From the NCBI GenBank assembly GCA_041554155.1, contig JBFFMI010000003.1, forward strand, positions 1 through 43,516: DNA of 43,516 nt, read 5' to 3'. The position numbers and the translations under genes are program-made. The notes below the pieces were generated by a model. That model had not been told where the DNA came from. It ran no database searches and saw only the letters and a list, made by a program, of their open reading frames with translations. Positions 9,567 through 18,946 of the stretch are shown here, in pieces; position 1 is the stretch's first letter, and each line of letters opens with the position of its first letter. Source of the DNA: Anaerolineales bacterium (GTDB lineage Bacteria > Chloroflexota > Anaerolineae > Anaerolineales > E44-bin32).

Positions 9567-10547
9567 CTACTTGAAGAGGTCAGGCTGGACCACTTCCGCA
9601 AAGCGTTCCAGTGCATCCACCAGACGGGGGCCAGGTCGATCGATCCAGTTGGTATCGACCCCATAGACCCGACCATTTACGACTGCGTCAATACGCGCCC
9701 ATCCGGTTCGTTCTGCGATTGACTCTGAGGTCGTCGGTACCCATGGCCCTTCACCAAAAAGGATGACTTCAGGATCCCGCTCGACGATTTGTTCCAGATT
9801 CATCGGGCCCCATCCCTCCAGATCACCAGCAATATTCTCCCCTTTAACCATTTCGATCAGGACCTGCTGGAAAGTGCCTGCGCCTGTCGTCCAGGGTGCA
9901 GTTGGATCACTGCCATCGACTTCATAGAATACTCGCACACGAGTGGCTTCAGCCACCGTAGTTTCTACTGTTGTCACACGTGCCCGGAGGGCGTCGATCA
10001 GATCTACTGCCGTTTCCTCCCAGCCAGTGATCTTTGCGACGGTTTCCAGGGTGACAAATAGATCTTCAAACGTCATCGGGTTGGCTATCTGAAAAACTTT
10101 AAGCCCCAGTCCATTTAAGGCCTCGATCTGTTCAATTGGGGTGATCTCGGCCACCAGGATCAGATCGGGCTCGAGAGTCACAATAGCCTCGGTGTTCAAT
10201 TCACCGTATGTATCGCCGATGCTGGTCACCTCAAGTGCTTCGGTTGGATAATCTGAGTACTCATCTCGGCCCACTACCTGGCCTGCAGCTCCGACAGCGA
10301 AAAGGATCTCGGTGTTCGATGGCGCCAACGAGATGATCCGCCGAGGTGGGGAGTCAAACGAGATCATCCGGCCCAGGCCGTCTTCCAACACCAGGACATC
10401 CGGCGTTGGCTCGGCCTGGCTTTCTACAGGGGTCGATGCGGGCTCGATATCAACCTGCATGTCCGTCGGCGCGGGGGTTGTTGAGCATCCGGTCACTAAA
10501 GTGATCAAGATTGTGATGCAAAAAACCAGCGCGTATTTGTTCTTCAT
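9567..10547 (-). CDS. Cobalamin-binding lipoprotein (BtuF-like)
   Basis: Lipobox 'VTGC', 'RIISLAPSNTEILFAVG', 'RPGPRL'; lies downstream of a B12 riboswitch; GGAGG RBS. Confidence 0.9.
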   Translation of the reverse strand: MKNKYALVFCITILITLVTGCSTTPAPTDMQVDIEPASTPVESQAEPTPDVLVLEDGLGRMISFDSPPRRIISLAPSNTEILFAVGAAGQVVGRDEYSDYPTEALEVTSIGDTYGELNTEAIVTLEPDLILVAEITPIEQIEALNGLGLKVFQIANPMTFEDLFVTLETVAKITGWEETAVDLIDALRARVTTVETTVAEATRVRVFYEVDGSDPTAPWTTGAGTFQQVLIEMVKGENIAGDLEGWGPMNLEQIVERDPEVILFGEGPWVPTTSESIAERTGWARIDAVVNGRVYGVDTNWIDRPGPRLVDALERFAEVVQPDLFK

Positions 10548-10609
10548 TGTTCAATTCCTCCATCATTAGATGCATCCAAAGTGTCGTTGAAGCTTCCAGG
10601 AAAGCATCG

Positions 10610-10638
10610 GGCCTTCCTCGCGTCTCCAAAGGAAGGCC
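10610..10638 (-). promoter_or_regulatory. Stable hairpin in the riboswitch expression platform
   Basis: GGCCTTCCT (10610-10618) and AGGAAGGCC (10630-10638) form a perfect 9-bp inverted repeat; no long U-tract follows. Confidence 0.5.
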
Positions 10639-10663
10639 TCAGAAATGATCCATATCGGCACTG

Positions 10664-10830
10664 CCTCCTTTCCGCGAAGGAGATCAACGTGAATTGCATG
10701 GGTGGGTATCCTGGCTTGGGAACTCTGATTTCCCTTACAGTTGCGGGACAGCGCCGGACTACCATCTGTGTGACGGGCACCGGCTTCCCCTTGATCGCTT
10801 GAGCGTCCGGGCTCAATGCGACCCGTGCAA
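10664..10830 (-). ncRNA. Cobalamin (B12) riboswitch including the downstream P13 kissing-loop hairpin
   Basis: Minus strand reads AAGGGGAAGCCGGTG...TCCGGCGCTGTCCCGCAACTGT...AAGCCAGGATACC (B12 box); P1 TTGCACGGG/CCCATGCAA; downstream hairpin CTCCTT-CGCGGA-AAGGAG has a loop complementary to L5 CCGC; sits upstream of btuF-like gene. Confidence 0.92.
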
Positions 10831-10849
10831 TATCTGAATTGTCACACGG

Positions 10850-10879
10850 AGTATACGGCGATGTTGTGTGTCCGGTCAA
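10850..10879 (-). promoter_or_regulatory. Sigma70-type promoter for the riboswitch/btu operon
   Basis: TTGACC-N18-TATACT on the minus strand, about 20 nt upstream of riboswitch P1. Confidence 0.65.
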
Positions 10880-10982
10880 TGGTCGTAGGTCATCAGAGTG
10901 GGATGACGATCGTTTGTGCATATCCCTATCACGACATATGAGAGATTGTGTTAGAATTCACCCGGTTCCAGAAGGAGTACGT

Positions 10983-11195
10983 GTGGCAAAGCGAACGAAA
11001 GGCGTTGTGCGCTGGTTTGATGGATCTAAGGGGTATGGATACATCGATGCCCAGGAGGGCGAAGATGTGTTTGTGCACTACTCAAATATTTCTGGGGGCG
11101 GGATGCAGCTTCTCAGGGTTGGTGAGGAGGTTGCCTTTTTCATGGAGACCACCATTCGCGGATGGCAAGCCACCGACGTCACCCGCTTGAACTAA
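10983..11195 (+). CDS. Cold-shock domain protein (Csp family)
   Basis: 'KGVVRWFDGSKGYGYI' (RNP1) and 'DVFVHYS' (RNP2); GTG start at 10983 after GAAGGAG; TGtTAGAAT extended -10 at 10949-10957. Confidence 0.92.
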   Translation: MAKRTKGVVRWFDGSKGYGYIDAQEGEDVFVHYSNISGGGMQLLRVGEEVAFFMETTIRGWQATDVTRLN

Positions 11196-11224
11196 CGCAG
11201 GAACCTTTATGGATCAGATTAAAT

Positions 11225-11264
11225 GCCCCGCCCGGCCATCGTGGCTGACGGGGTTTATTGTTTT
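11225..11264 (+). terminator. Probable intrinsic terminator after the csp gene
   Basis: GC-rich stem GCCCCG..GCCA-TCG-TGGC..CGGGGT followed by TTATTGTTTT. Confidence 0.55.
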
Positions 11265-11304
11265 AGTTATCAGCAAAAGAACAAACGATTGAGGAAAGAT
11301 TGAT

Positions 11305-12954
11305 ATGAGTAAGACATTGAGAATCGTCCCCCTGGGGGGATTAGGCGAAGTTGGAAAGAACATGATGGCGATCGAGTACGGGGAAAACATTCTCGTGATC
11401 GATACCGGCATTATGTTTCCAGAGAACGACATGCTGGGCGTTGATTACATCATCCCCGATTTCCGCTACCTCCAGGATAAAGTTTCCAGGATACGCGCCA
11501 TCATCGTCACCCATGGTCATGAAGACCACACCGGTGCGATCCGCCACGTGCTCGAGATGGTCCAGGCGCCGATCTACGCCACTGGGCTCACGCGCGGATT
11601 GCTGGAAGTCAAGCTCAAGCGGAGCGGGATGCTGGGAACTGCCCAGCTCAACACGATCAATGCTGGAGATCAGCTGCAGATTGGCCCCTTCGATATTGAG
11701 ACCTTCCACGTATGCCATTCGATACCTGATGGGATCGGCATGGGCATCACCACACCGGCGGGTTTGATCGTCCACTCGGGAGATTACAAATTCGATCACA
11801 CGCCGGTAGATGGTTGGCCCACGGATTTTGGGAAGTTAGCCCAGTTCGGAGAGCGAGGGGTACTGGCCCTAATGGCCGACTCGACCAACGCCGATGAATC
11901 CGGTTGGACTCCTTCAGAAGCGGTGATCGACCCGGCTTTTGATACGGTCTTTCGTGAGGCCAAAGGCCGCATCCTTATTGGTTCATTTGCCTCCCTGATC
12001 TCCCGCATGCAGCAGGTAGCAAATGCTGCGCAGCGGCATGGTCGTGTGCTGGCCTTTGTAGGGACCAGCATGGTTGAGAACGCCAAGATGGCACGCAAGC
12101 TTGGTTACCTCGATGTGCCAGATGGGCTGATCGTCAATCTGGACCAGGCATTAAAGATGAAGCCATCAAAGGTTATATTAATGTGCACAGGCACCCAGGG
12201 TGAACCCTCTTCGATCCTCGGACGGCTTGCTAACGGCTCTAACCGCCAGTTTGACATCTCTCCCGAGGATACGATCGTGCTGTCCTCCACCCCCATACCG
12301 GGCAACGAGGAGATGGTTCATCGAACCATCAATCGTTTGTTTCATCGAGGAGCAGATGTGATCTACGATTCGATCGCTCCCGTGCACGTATCCGGACATG
12401 CCAACCAGGAAGAAATGAAGCTGATGATCCAGCTCGTCAAACCTGAGTACTTGATCCCGGTGCATGGCGAACTTCGCCATTTGAAACAGCATGGTGTGCT
12501 TGGCCAGGAGCTTGGGATTCCGGAGGATAAGATCGCAGTGGTTGAGAATGGAACTCCGATAGAGTTCCGCGACGGAAAGATGACGATCCTTGACCGTGTT
12601 CCCGGTGGATATATCTTTGTGGATGGCAGCGGTGTGGGCGACATCGGGCCCACTGTTATGCGCGAGCGTGAAGCACTCGCCCGGGATGGATTTGTCCTGG
12701 TGCATCTGGTCCTGGATTGCGACAAAACTCACCTCATCGGAGATCCCGAAATCATCACAAAGGGTTTTGTCTTTGTGCGTGATTCCGAAATACTCATGGA
12801 TCAAATCAACACCTATGTGCGCCAGCTTGTCAAAGACGGACCGCTGGCAGACGTTGAAAAACGAATTGAAAGCGGCCTATCGAAGTTCTTTTATGATGAG
12901 ACTCGCAGGCGCCCGATGGTTTTTGTGTTCACCTCCGTCGATCAGGCTGGGTAA
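11305..12954 (+). CDS. rnj: Ribonuclease J
   Basis: 'PLGGLGEVGKN', 'THGHEDH', 'HSIPD', 'DSTNA', 'TGTQGEP', 'HVSGH', 'PVHGE' (MBL/beta-CASP). Confidence 0.96.
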   Translation: MSKTLRIVPLGGLGEVGKNMMAIEYGENILVIDTGIMFPENDMLGVDYIIPDFRYLQDKVSRIRAIIVTHGHEDHTGAIRHVLEMVQAPIYATGLTRGLLEVKLKRSGMLGTAQLNTINAGDQLQIGPFDIETFHVCHSIPDGIGMGITTPAGLIVHSGDYKFDHTPVDGWPTDFGKLAQFGERGVLALMADSTNADESGWTPSEAVIDPAFDTVFREAKGRILIGSFASLISRMQQVANAAQRHGRVLAFVGTSMVENAKMARKLGYLDVPDGLIVNLDQALKMKPSKVILMCTGTQGEPSSILGRLANGSNRQFDISPEDTIVLSSTPIPGNEEMVHRTINRLFHRGADVIYDSIAPVHVSGHANQEEMKLMIQLVKPEYLIPVHGELRHLKQHGVLGQELGIPEDKIAVVENGTPIEFRDGKMTILDRVPGGYIFVDGSGVGDIGPTVMREREALARDGFVLVHLVLDCDKTHLIGDPEIITKGFVFVRDSEILMDQINTYVRQLVKDGPLADVEKRIESGLSKFFYDETRRRPMVFVFTSVDQAG

Positions 12955-13014
12955 GACCAGCAGTACCTTCGGATGGTTGCTGCTCATGTCAACGAAGGTA
13001 TAATGCAGCCCGTT

Positions 13015-13911
13015 ATGCGAAAGCTCCACCTGTTGATTTGGGCGATCGTGCTCTGCCTGGGTATATCTGCTTGTAATTACCCCGGTAATGGTACAAACGG
13101 CACAACACAGGAACCCACCCCAACGCAGGCCCCACCTTCCGAAACCCCGATCCCGCTTGCGGCCAATGTCGCCGGGGAAATCCTGCCACTCGAAATCTAT
13201 GAAGCTGAAGTCGCCCGCTTCGTTAATCAACAATCCCGTGTTGGCATCGACCTTGCAACAATACCCAACTACAGAGAGCAGGTTTTGTGGGGTTTGATCG
13301 ATTTAAAATTGCTCGCTCAGGGGGCGATGGAAGCCGGGTACACGATCGATCCAGCATCGCTAGACACCCGCATAAACAGCATCCAAGACACACAGGATGC
13401 ATTCGAAACCTGGCTGAATGAGAACCTTTACAGTATGGATAGTTTTCGTAGCTCGCTAGAAGAGGAGCTTCTCGCGGCCGAGATGGTTGCCGTTATTGTT
13501 AACACGGTACCTGAAAGTACGGAGCAGGCCCATGTCCGACACATCCTTGTTGCAACACGCGAGGATGCGGAGGATCTGCGGGCACAGATCACAGCAGGTG
13601 AGGATTTCGGTGAGCTGGCAAAAATCTATTCGATTGATGCGAGCACACGCCCGGCCGGTGGTGATCTAGGCTGGTTCCCTCCGGGCTTTCTCTTATGGTC
13701 CGAACTGGACCAAGCGGTATTTCAACTGAACCCGGGCGACCTCAGCGATGTGGTCGAGACACAACTGGGGTATCATCTGATCGAAGTACTCGAGCGTGGA
13801 GAACATCAACTGGATTATCAAACACGGCTGTATCTTCAGGAGCAAGCCGTGGAAGACTGGCTAATCAATCAAAAAGAAGTTAAGGACATTCAAGTCTTTC
13901 TTGAACCATAG
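13015..13911 (+). CDS. PpiC/rotamase peptidyl-prolyl isomerase lipoprotein (PrsA/SurA-like foldase)
   Basis: Lipobox 'ISAC'; 'HVRHILV', 'FGELAKIYS.D', 'GGDLGWF', 'ETQLGYHLI'. TATAAT at 12999-13004 favours ATG 13015 as start. Confidence 0.88.
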   Translation: MRKLHLLIWAIVLCLGISACNYPGNGTNGTTQEPTPTQAPPSETPIPLAANVAGEILPLEIYEAEVARFVNQQSRVGIDLATIPNYREQVLWGLIDLKLLAQGAMEAGYTIDPASLDTRINSIQDTQDAFETWLNENLYSMDSFRSSLEEELLAAEMVAVIVNTVPESTEQAHVRHILVATREDAEDLRAQITAGEDFGELAKIYSIDASTRPAGGDLGWFPPGFLLWSELDQAVFQLNPGDLSDVVETQLGYHLIEVLERGEHQLDYQTRLYLQEQAVEDWLINQKEVKDIQVFLEP

Positions 13912-13934
13912 ATGCCAGTCAGGAGAGGAACACC

Positions 13935-14648
13935 ATGGATGACCAATTTGTACGGGTCCCCCGCAAACGCAAAAGCCGCCTTGGCGGCGTGATCCTGAAC
14001 CTGCTCACACTCGTCATTCTTGCAGCGATTGTGGGCGTTGTGGGCATCTTTGGGATGATCTTCTTGAATCCCCAGGTGGGATTTAACCCGTTCCCGCCGC
14101 CAACCTTACCAGCCCTGCTCGGTACGCCGACGGCAACGTTTACGCCTGCGGTTGAGCTGGGTGTGGCGACGTGGACACCGACTCCCACCTTCACCATCGC
14201 TCCGACTGACACTGTTGTACCAACGGACACCCCAACACCCGTACCTACCGCTACCTCGATTCCTCAACCACCCTTTGCTTTGCAACCAGGCAATCCTGTG
14301 CGTATTCCCAACATCGCAAACGATGACGCTTGTGATTGGATGGGTGTTGGCGGACAGGTATTCAACCTTGAGAATCAACCCATCTCGAACCTGGGTGTAC
14401 ATATCGAAGGCGATCTGGACGGGGAAGCGATCAGCCTTGACACCGTCACCGGCAGCGCACCCGACATTGGTCCATCCGGCTATGTGTTCAACCTGGCTAG
14501 TGAGCCTATCGCCAGCGATGAAACGCTCTGGGTGCAGTTACATGATGGCACCGGCAAGCCGCTATCCGATCAGGTATTTATCATCACTTCTACGGACTGC
14601 AACGAGAACTTCGTGATGGTCAATTTCAGACAAGTACGCGAGCAATAG
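13935..14648 (+). CDS. Hypothetical membrane-anchored protein with Pro/Thr linker and Cys-paired beta-rich domain
   Basis: Basic patch, one TM helix, PT-rich linker, C-terminal domain with two Cys; AGGAGAGG RBS. Confidence 0.75.
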   Translation: MDDQFVRVPRKRKSRLGGVILNLLTLVILAAIVGVVGIFGMIFLNPQVGFNPFPPPTLPALLGTPTATFTPAVELGVATWTPTPTFTIAPTDTVVPTDTPTPVPTATSIPQPPFALQPGNPVRIPNIANDDACDWMGVGGQVFNLENQPISNLGVHIEGDLDGEAISLDTVTGSAPDIGPSGYVFNLASEPIASDETLWVQLHDGTGKPLSDQVFIITSTDCNENFVMVNFRQVREQ

Positions 14649-14668
14649 AACTACCCAGAGGATAGAGC

Positions 14669-14703
14669 AAAAGCCCCCGGCATCGAGCGCGGGGGCTTTT
14701 TAT
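14669..14703. terminator. Bidirectional intrinsic terminator
   Basis: AAAAGCCCCC...GGGGGCTTTTT between convergent genes. Confidence 0.85.
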
Positions 14704-14732
14704 ATCTCCTGGATGTCACCGGGGGCTCCAAT

Positions 14733-15491
14733 TTAGAGCACCCTGCCATCCGCAAGAGCTATTGTGCGAGTAGCCCTGGCGGCCAGCTCATCATCGTGCG
14801 TGACCATAAGAATCGTTTTCCCACTGCTTACCAGCTCCTCGAATAAGCGGATGACCTTGCCGGCTGAGACCGAATCGAGATTGCCGGTCGGTTCATCCGT
14901 GGCGATAATTGGGGGATCGTTTGCCAGGGCGCGCGCGATCGCGACCGCCTGTTGCTGCCCACCAGATAGCTGAGCCGGAAGATCATGGGCATGCTCGCCC
15001 AGACCCACAAGACTGAGCAGGTAGTGTGCACGTTCCTCACGCGCCCCGTTCTCGAAGAGCCCACTGAAATCCATCGGGATTCGCACATTTTCGAGCACCG
15101 TCAGCGTCGGCAACAATTGAAAGAATTGAAACACAATGCCCATCGTGCGCCCTCGCCACACTGCCCGTTGCCCTTCCTTCAGGTAGTGCACCGCAGTGCC
15201 ATCAACAAAGATGCGGCCATCGGAGGGTTGATCGATGCCTGTAAGAAGGTTGATCAGGGTGGTCTTTCCACTGCCGGACTTTCCCACGATCGAAACAAAT
15301 TCGCCGCTGTTGATGGTCAGGTCCACATCCTCGAGGGCGGTAAACGTTCCCGCCGATGTATTATAAAGTTTCGAGACACGTTCAAAGGCGATTAACGAAT
15401 CCATCTGTATGGATTCGCTCGGCCCATTAGGTTTGCCATTGCCGTTAACCCGTGTGTGCTTGCCATTTCCGTTCGTGCGCGTAAAGAGCAT
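14733..15491 (-). CDS. ABC transporter ATP-binding protein (LolD/MacB type)
   Basis: 'GKSGSGKTT', 'VFQFFQL', 'LSGGQQQ', 'DEPTGNLD', 'VTHD'. Confidence 0.92.
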   Translation of the reverse strand: MLFTRTNGNGKHTRVNGNGKPNGPSESIQMDSLIAFERVSKLYNTSAGTFTALEDVDLTINSGEFVSIVGKSGSGKTTLINLLTGIDQPSDGRIFVDGTAVHYLKEGQRAVWRGRTMGIVFQFFQLLPTLTVLENVRIPMDFSGLFENGAREERAHYLLSLVGLGEHAHDLPAQLSGGQQQAVAIARALANDPPIIATDEPTGNLDSVSAGKVIRLFEELVSSGKTILMVTHDDELAARATRTIALADGRVL

Positions 15492-15500
15492 ACTCCCGCC

Positions 15501-17909
15501 TTATTCGTAATCCAGGACTTCCCGAACTGTAAGTGATGCAGCACGTTGGGCTGGTCCCAGGCTCGCCACCACACCGATTACTCCAATAACCACAAGCCAG
15601 ATAAGCAGTCCCGGGTAGGAGTATTGATAACTTAGATCAGCGTTCAGGATAGCCGTAACAATAGCCGCAGCCAGCGCCAATCCGGCTGGTGCAGACACGA
15701 TCGCTCCCAGGATCCAGCTTACAAATCCGATCACCACACCTTCGATCAAGATCACCCCACGCACAGAATCGTTTGAAGCGCCAACCGCTCGTAAAACCCC
15801 GATTTCGCGCGTCCGCTCGAGGACATTAATCGACAGTGTTCCTGTCAATCCCAGGCCACCCACAATTGCCAGGAGTGCGGCCATGATGATAAGCACAATC
15901 AAGACGATGTCGAAAACATCCGTGAAATCGCCAAATACCGCGTATTGCGTAGTGCTCTCACTGCTTGAGATCCCGGCGTTTTCAAAGCGCGTCTCAAGCT
16001 GTTGGCCCAGTTGATCCTGGGCCGACGGGCTGCTGAGTGCATCTGCATTGAGGCGAAGGCGTACGGAATCGGCCTGGTTATAGCGGTTGGTCAATCGACC
16101 AAACATCGTGGGCGTCATGTACACACGCGGCCCGGAAAGGTGCTTTGATGCAATACCTACGACGCTGAATGTCTGTTCCTTTATTCCCACCTTTAAGGTA
16201 ATTTCGCTACCGAGTCCAATATCTGATTCGACACCGCTGAGATCCTCGTTGATCACGACGCCGTCGGTTTCTCCGTCAGTGAGCCAGCGACCTGCGACCA
16301 AGATTGGATCGATGGTCAGCGAATCATAGGGCAATCCGATCACATCGAGTTGTTCAGACTCACGCTCGCCGCTGTACTGTATGGTGGCACTATCCCGCAC
16401 CCAGCTCTCGACCACGGCCACGCCCTCAATCCGGCGCGCTTCCCGTTCCACCGTCGCTCGCATTGAACCCCGCGGTACCGATATGGCCGCATCGAAATCC
16501 AGATAGCGGGCGATCTCATCGATCTGGGAAGACAGCGATGCACGCGTGCTAAAAACGCTGATGAACATCGCCCCGGACAGCGTCAGGGTCACTAGCGTGA
16601 AGATGAGCCGCGCCTTGTTACGAAAGGTATTGCGCAGCGAGAAGAGGAGAGGCGGGGTTAATCCTCGGATACGCCCAAGAATTCGATCGAAGAGCCCTCT
16701 CTTGGCTTTGCCTACGATCCCGTACTGATAGATGGCATCGTAAACCGATAGTCTGGTGCTCGAGAGCACCGGCAACATCGCCACGCCCAGCGGCAGCAGG
16801 AGGCCCAGAATGACCTGGAGCGCCAACACCTGCAGCGGCAGATTAATTGAGCGAAGATCAAAGTTCGCAAAATTGGATGCGAAGGAGGCCAGCCACCAGG
16901 CACCAACCAGTCCCATAGGGATTGCAATCAACAATCCGAGCACGGTAAATATAAAAACATTAAACAGGTACATGCCAACAATCTGCGTGCGAACAGCACC
17001 GATCGAACGCATAATGCCAATCTGTTTGATTTGTTGAACAATAATGGCTGAAATCGTGTTCACCACCAGCCCACTACTCAGCAGGATCGCCATTACCCCC
17101 ATGATCTGGAAAATAAGCAGCAATCCGTTGATTTGATCTTCAGCCCAATGCCGCCCGGGATCCGAGCCGATCCCCGGAATCTCGGTCCTCAAGGTGAGAT
17201 GACCCCCCGGTGCGAGAACCTGTTCTTTAACCTGCTCTCCAACAGCGAGAACATGATCGCGATCAGTCTTCATATCAGAAACGATAAGGTCCAGGCGATT
17301 GTACAGCGCCGGGTCTCCCATCCAGGTCATGGTATCCATCGATATGAATGCGGTCGCCATGCCGAGGAGTTCATATGGCATCACATAAAGATCATGCACA
17401 ATACCGACCACAGTCAGTTCGTATTCCCGCTCTTCATCATTCTGTAAGACGAGCACATCGCCCAGTTTTAGCCCCAGCGCTTTTGCCGATTGTCTTTCGA
17501 TTGCTACTTCGCGAACGGAGAGCGACATGCGGCCTTCTTCGAGCGTTGGCACATTGACGGCGATGTCCCCGATATCCGGGAAAGCGTTGAGGGTGATATC
17601 TTCCCAGCTACCTTCCGCTGTTAAGAAAGAAGCGTTCTTTATTCTGCGTGGTTGTGTGACTTCAACCTCACGAACCTTTTCCACGGCAGCTGCCACGCCT
17701 TCACCGAAGGCGGAAATATATATTTGCAGGCTCGCCGGCTTGCCTTCTTCAAACGCCCCGAAGAGATCGCGTTGGATATAGATCGCCGCACTGTTGATCA
17801 TCCCTACTGTTGCTACGCCGATGGCAATAGATACAACGACAAGGAAGGAGCGAGTCTTATTTGCCCAGATCTCCTTCAGCACCTTCATCCAGCGGGCAGA
17901 TATTCGCAT
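15501..17909 (-). CDS. MacB/FtsX-type ABC permease with two fused permease repeats
   Basis: Two halves, each with a TM helix, an extracytoplasmic domain and an FtsX motif ('QIKQIGIMRSIGA', 'ERTREIGVLRAVGA'). Confidence 0.9.
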   Translation of the reverse strand: MRISARWMKVLKEIWANKTRSFLVVVSIAIGVATVGMINSAAIYIQRDLFGAFEEGKPASLQIYISAFGEGVAAAVEKVREVEVTQPRRIKNASFLTAEGSWEDITLNAFPDIGDIAVNVPTLEEGRMSLSVREVAIERQSAKALGLKLGDVLVLQNDEEREYELTVVGIVHDLYVMPYELLGMATAFISMDTMTWMGDPALYNRLDLIVSDMKTDRDHVLAVGEQVKEQVLAPGGHLTLRTEIPGIGSDPGRHWAEDQINGLLLIFQIMGVMAILLSSGLVVNTISAIIVQQIKQIGIMRSIGAVRTQIVGMYLFNVFIFTVLGLLIAIPMGLVGAWWLASFASNFANFDLRSINLPLQVLALQVILGLLLPLGVAMLPVLSSTRLSVYDAIYQYGIVGKAKRGLFDRILGRIRGLTPPLLFSLRNTFRNKARLIFTLVTLTLSGAMFISVFSTRASLSSQIDEIARYLDFDAAISVPRGSMRATVEREARRIEGVAVVESWVRDSATIQYSGERESEQLDVIGLPYDSLTIDPILVAGRWLTDGETDGVVINEDLSGVESDIGLGSEITLKVGIKEQTFSVVGIASKHLSGPRVYMTPTMFGRLTNRYNQADSVRLRLNADALSSPSAQDQLGQQLETRFENAGISSSESTTQYAVFGDFTDVFDIVLIVLIIMAALLAIVGGLGLTGTLSINVLERTREIGVLRAVGASNDSVRGVILIEGVVIGFVSWILGAIVSAPAGLALAAAIVTAILNADLSYQYSYPGLLIWLVVIGVIGVVASLGPAQRAASLTVREVLDYE

Positions 17910-18650
17910 TTAGGCTACCTGCCTCGCCCGTTGGGCTGCATTCTCTCGTGCAGAAAGGATGGATCCGTCTGCGATTTCAATGATGCTTGAGGCGTATTGC
18001 GCAATTTCCTCATCGTGCGTGGCAACGATGACCGTTTTCCCGGCAGCGACAAGCTCGGAGAAGACCTCGAGTACGCCCTGCGCTGTTGAGAAATCCAGAT
18101 TGCCGGTAGGTTCGTCCGCCACAATAATCTGTGGATCATTGGCCAGGGCGCGCGCGATTGCGACCCTTTGCTGCTGCCCGCCCGAAATCTTTGCAGGTAT
18201 CTTCTTTGCATGTTCGGAAATACCCACTAGCTCCAGCAAATGCATTGCGCGCTGGACTTGTTGAGTCCCCTTATAAGTTCTGCAGAAATCCATGGGCAAT
18301 GTGATGTTTTCGATCAAGGTGAGCGAAGGGATCAGCTGGAAGAATTGAAACACAATCCCCATGTTCGCCCCCCGCCACTGAGAGAGCTCATCACCGTTCA
18401 TTTCATGCAGAGGCACTCCATCCACGACTACCTCTCCGGCCGTTGGTGTATCGATACCGGTAATCATGTTAATCAGCGTGGATTTTCCAGCACCGGATTT
18501 CCCGTACAGCGCGACGAATTCACCTTGCTGGATATCCAGCTGGATGTCGTGCAGCGCTTCGAAATCACCCGCGACCGTAGAATAGACTTTAACCAGATCA
18601 CGGATGGTGATCAGGTTTTCGGTGGGGTATTGGGTTTTGATGCTATTCAT
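17910..18650 (-). CDS. ABC transporter ATP-binding protein (LolD/MacB type)
   Basis: 'GKSGAGKST', 'ISGGQQQR', 'ADEPTGNLD', 'ATHD'; stop abuts the permease start. Confidence 0.92.
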   Translation of the reverse strand: MNSIKTQYPTENLITIRDLVKVYSTVAGDFEALHDIQLDIQQGEFVALYGKSGAGKSTLINMITGIDTPTAGEVVVDGVPLHEMNGDELSQWRGANMGIVFQFFQLIPSLTLIENITLPMDFCRTYKGTQQVQRAMHLLELVGISEHAKKIPAKISGGQQQRVAIARALANDPQIIVADEPTGNLDFSTAQGVLEVFSELVAAGKTVIVATHDEEIAQYASSIIEIADGSILSARENAAQRARQVA

Positions 18651-18946
18651 CGATGCTTAAGTGTATTAAAGGCGATGCTGTGAGAGCCCCACAGCAACCA
18701 GATTTCCTTTCATGTCATGCAATTGGCAGCGTGCACAACCGCACTCCACCTAAGGGAAGAGATGCCCCCTTAGCGTACCGTAGCGGCGAGCAGATCCTGC
18801 TTTACAGTTGGCTTACGCTTTGGGCTTGGATTTTGTAGCGTGGGGATGCGCTCTCGAAGTGGAGCGCTACACATCATTGAGCCAGGCTTTACCTCACGAC
18901 TTCATCATTGAACGTTCACAAGCTTATTCGCACCAATCTTCAATCT

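Noticed and set aside
10566-10661. 31-codon GTG-started leader ORF (MPIWIISEAF...GCI) in the btuF leader
   Set aside because: GTG is only 2 nt from the AGGAGG, too close for efficient initiation; the MDHF uORF has better spacing.
10544-10921. 125-aa minus-strand ORF upstream of btuF
   Set aside because: Overlies the promoter and cobalamin riboswitch, which explain the region better.
14090-14275. Pro/Thr-rich repetitive coding sequence
   Set aside because: Ordinary low-complexity linker, not a DNA repeat array or CRISPR.
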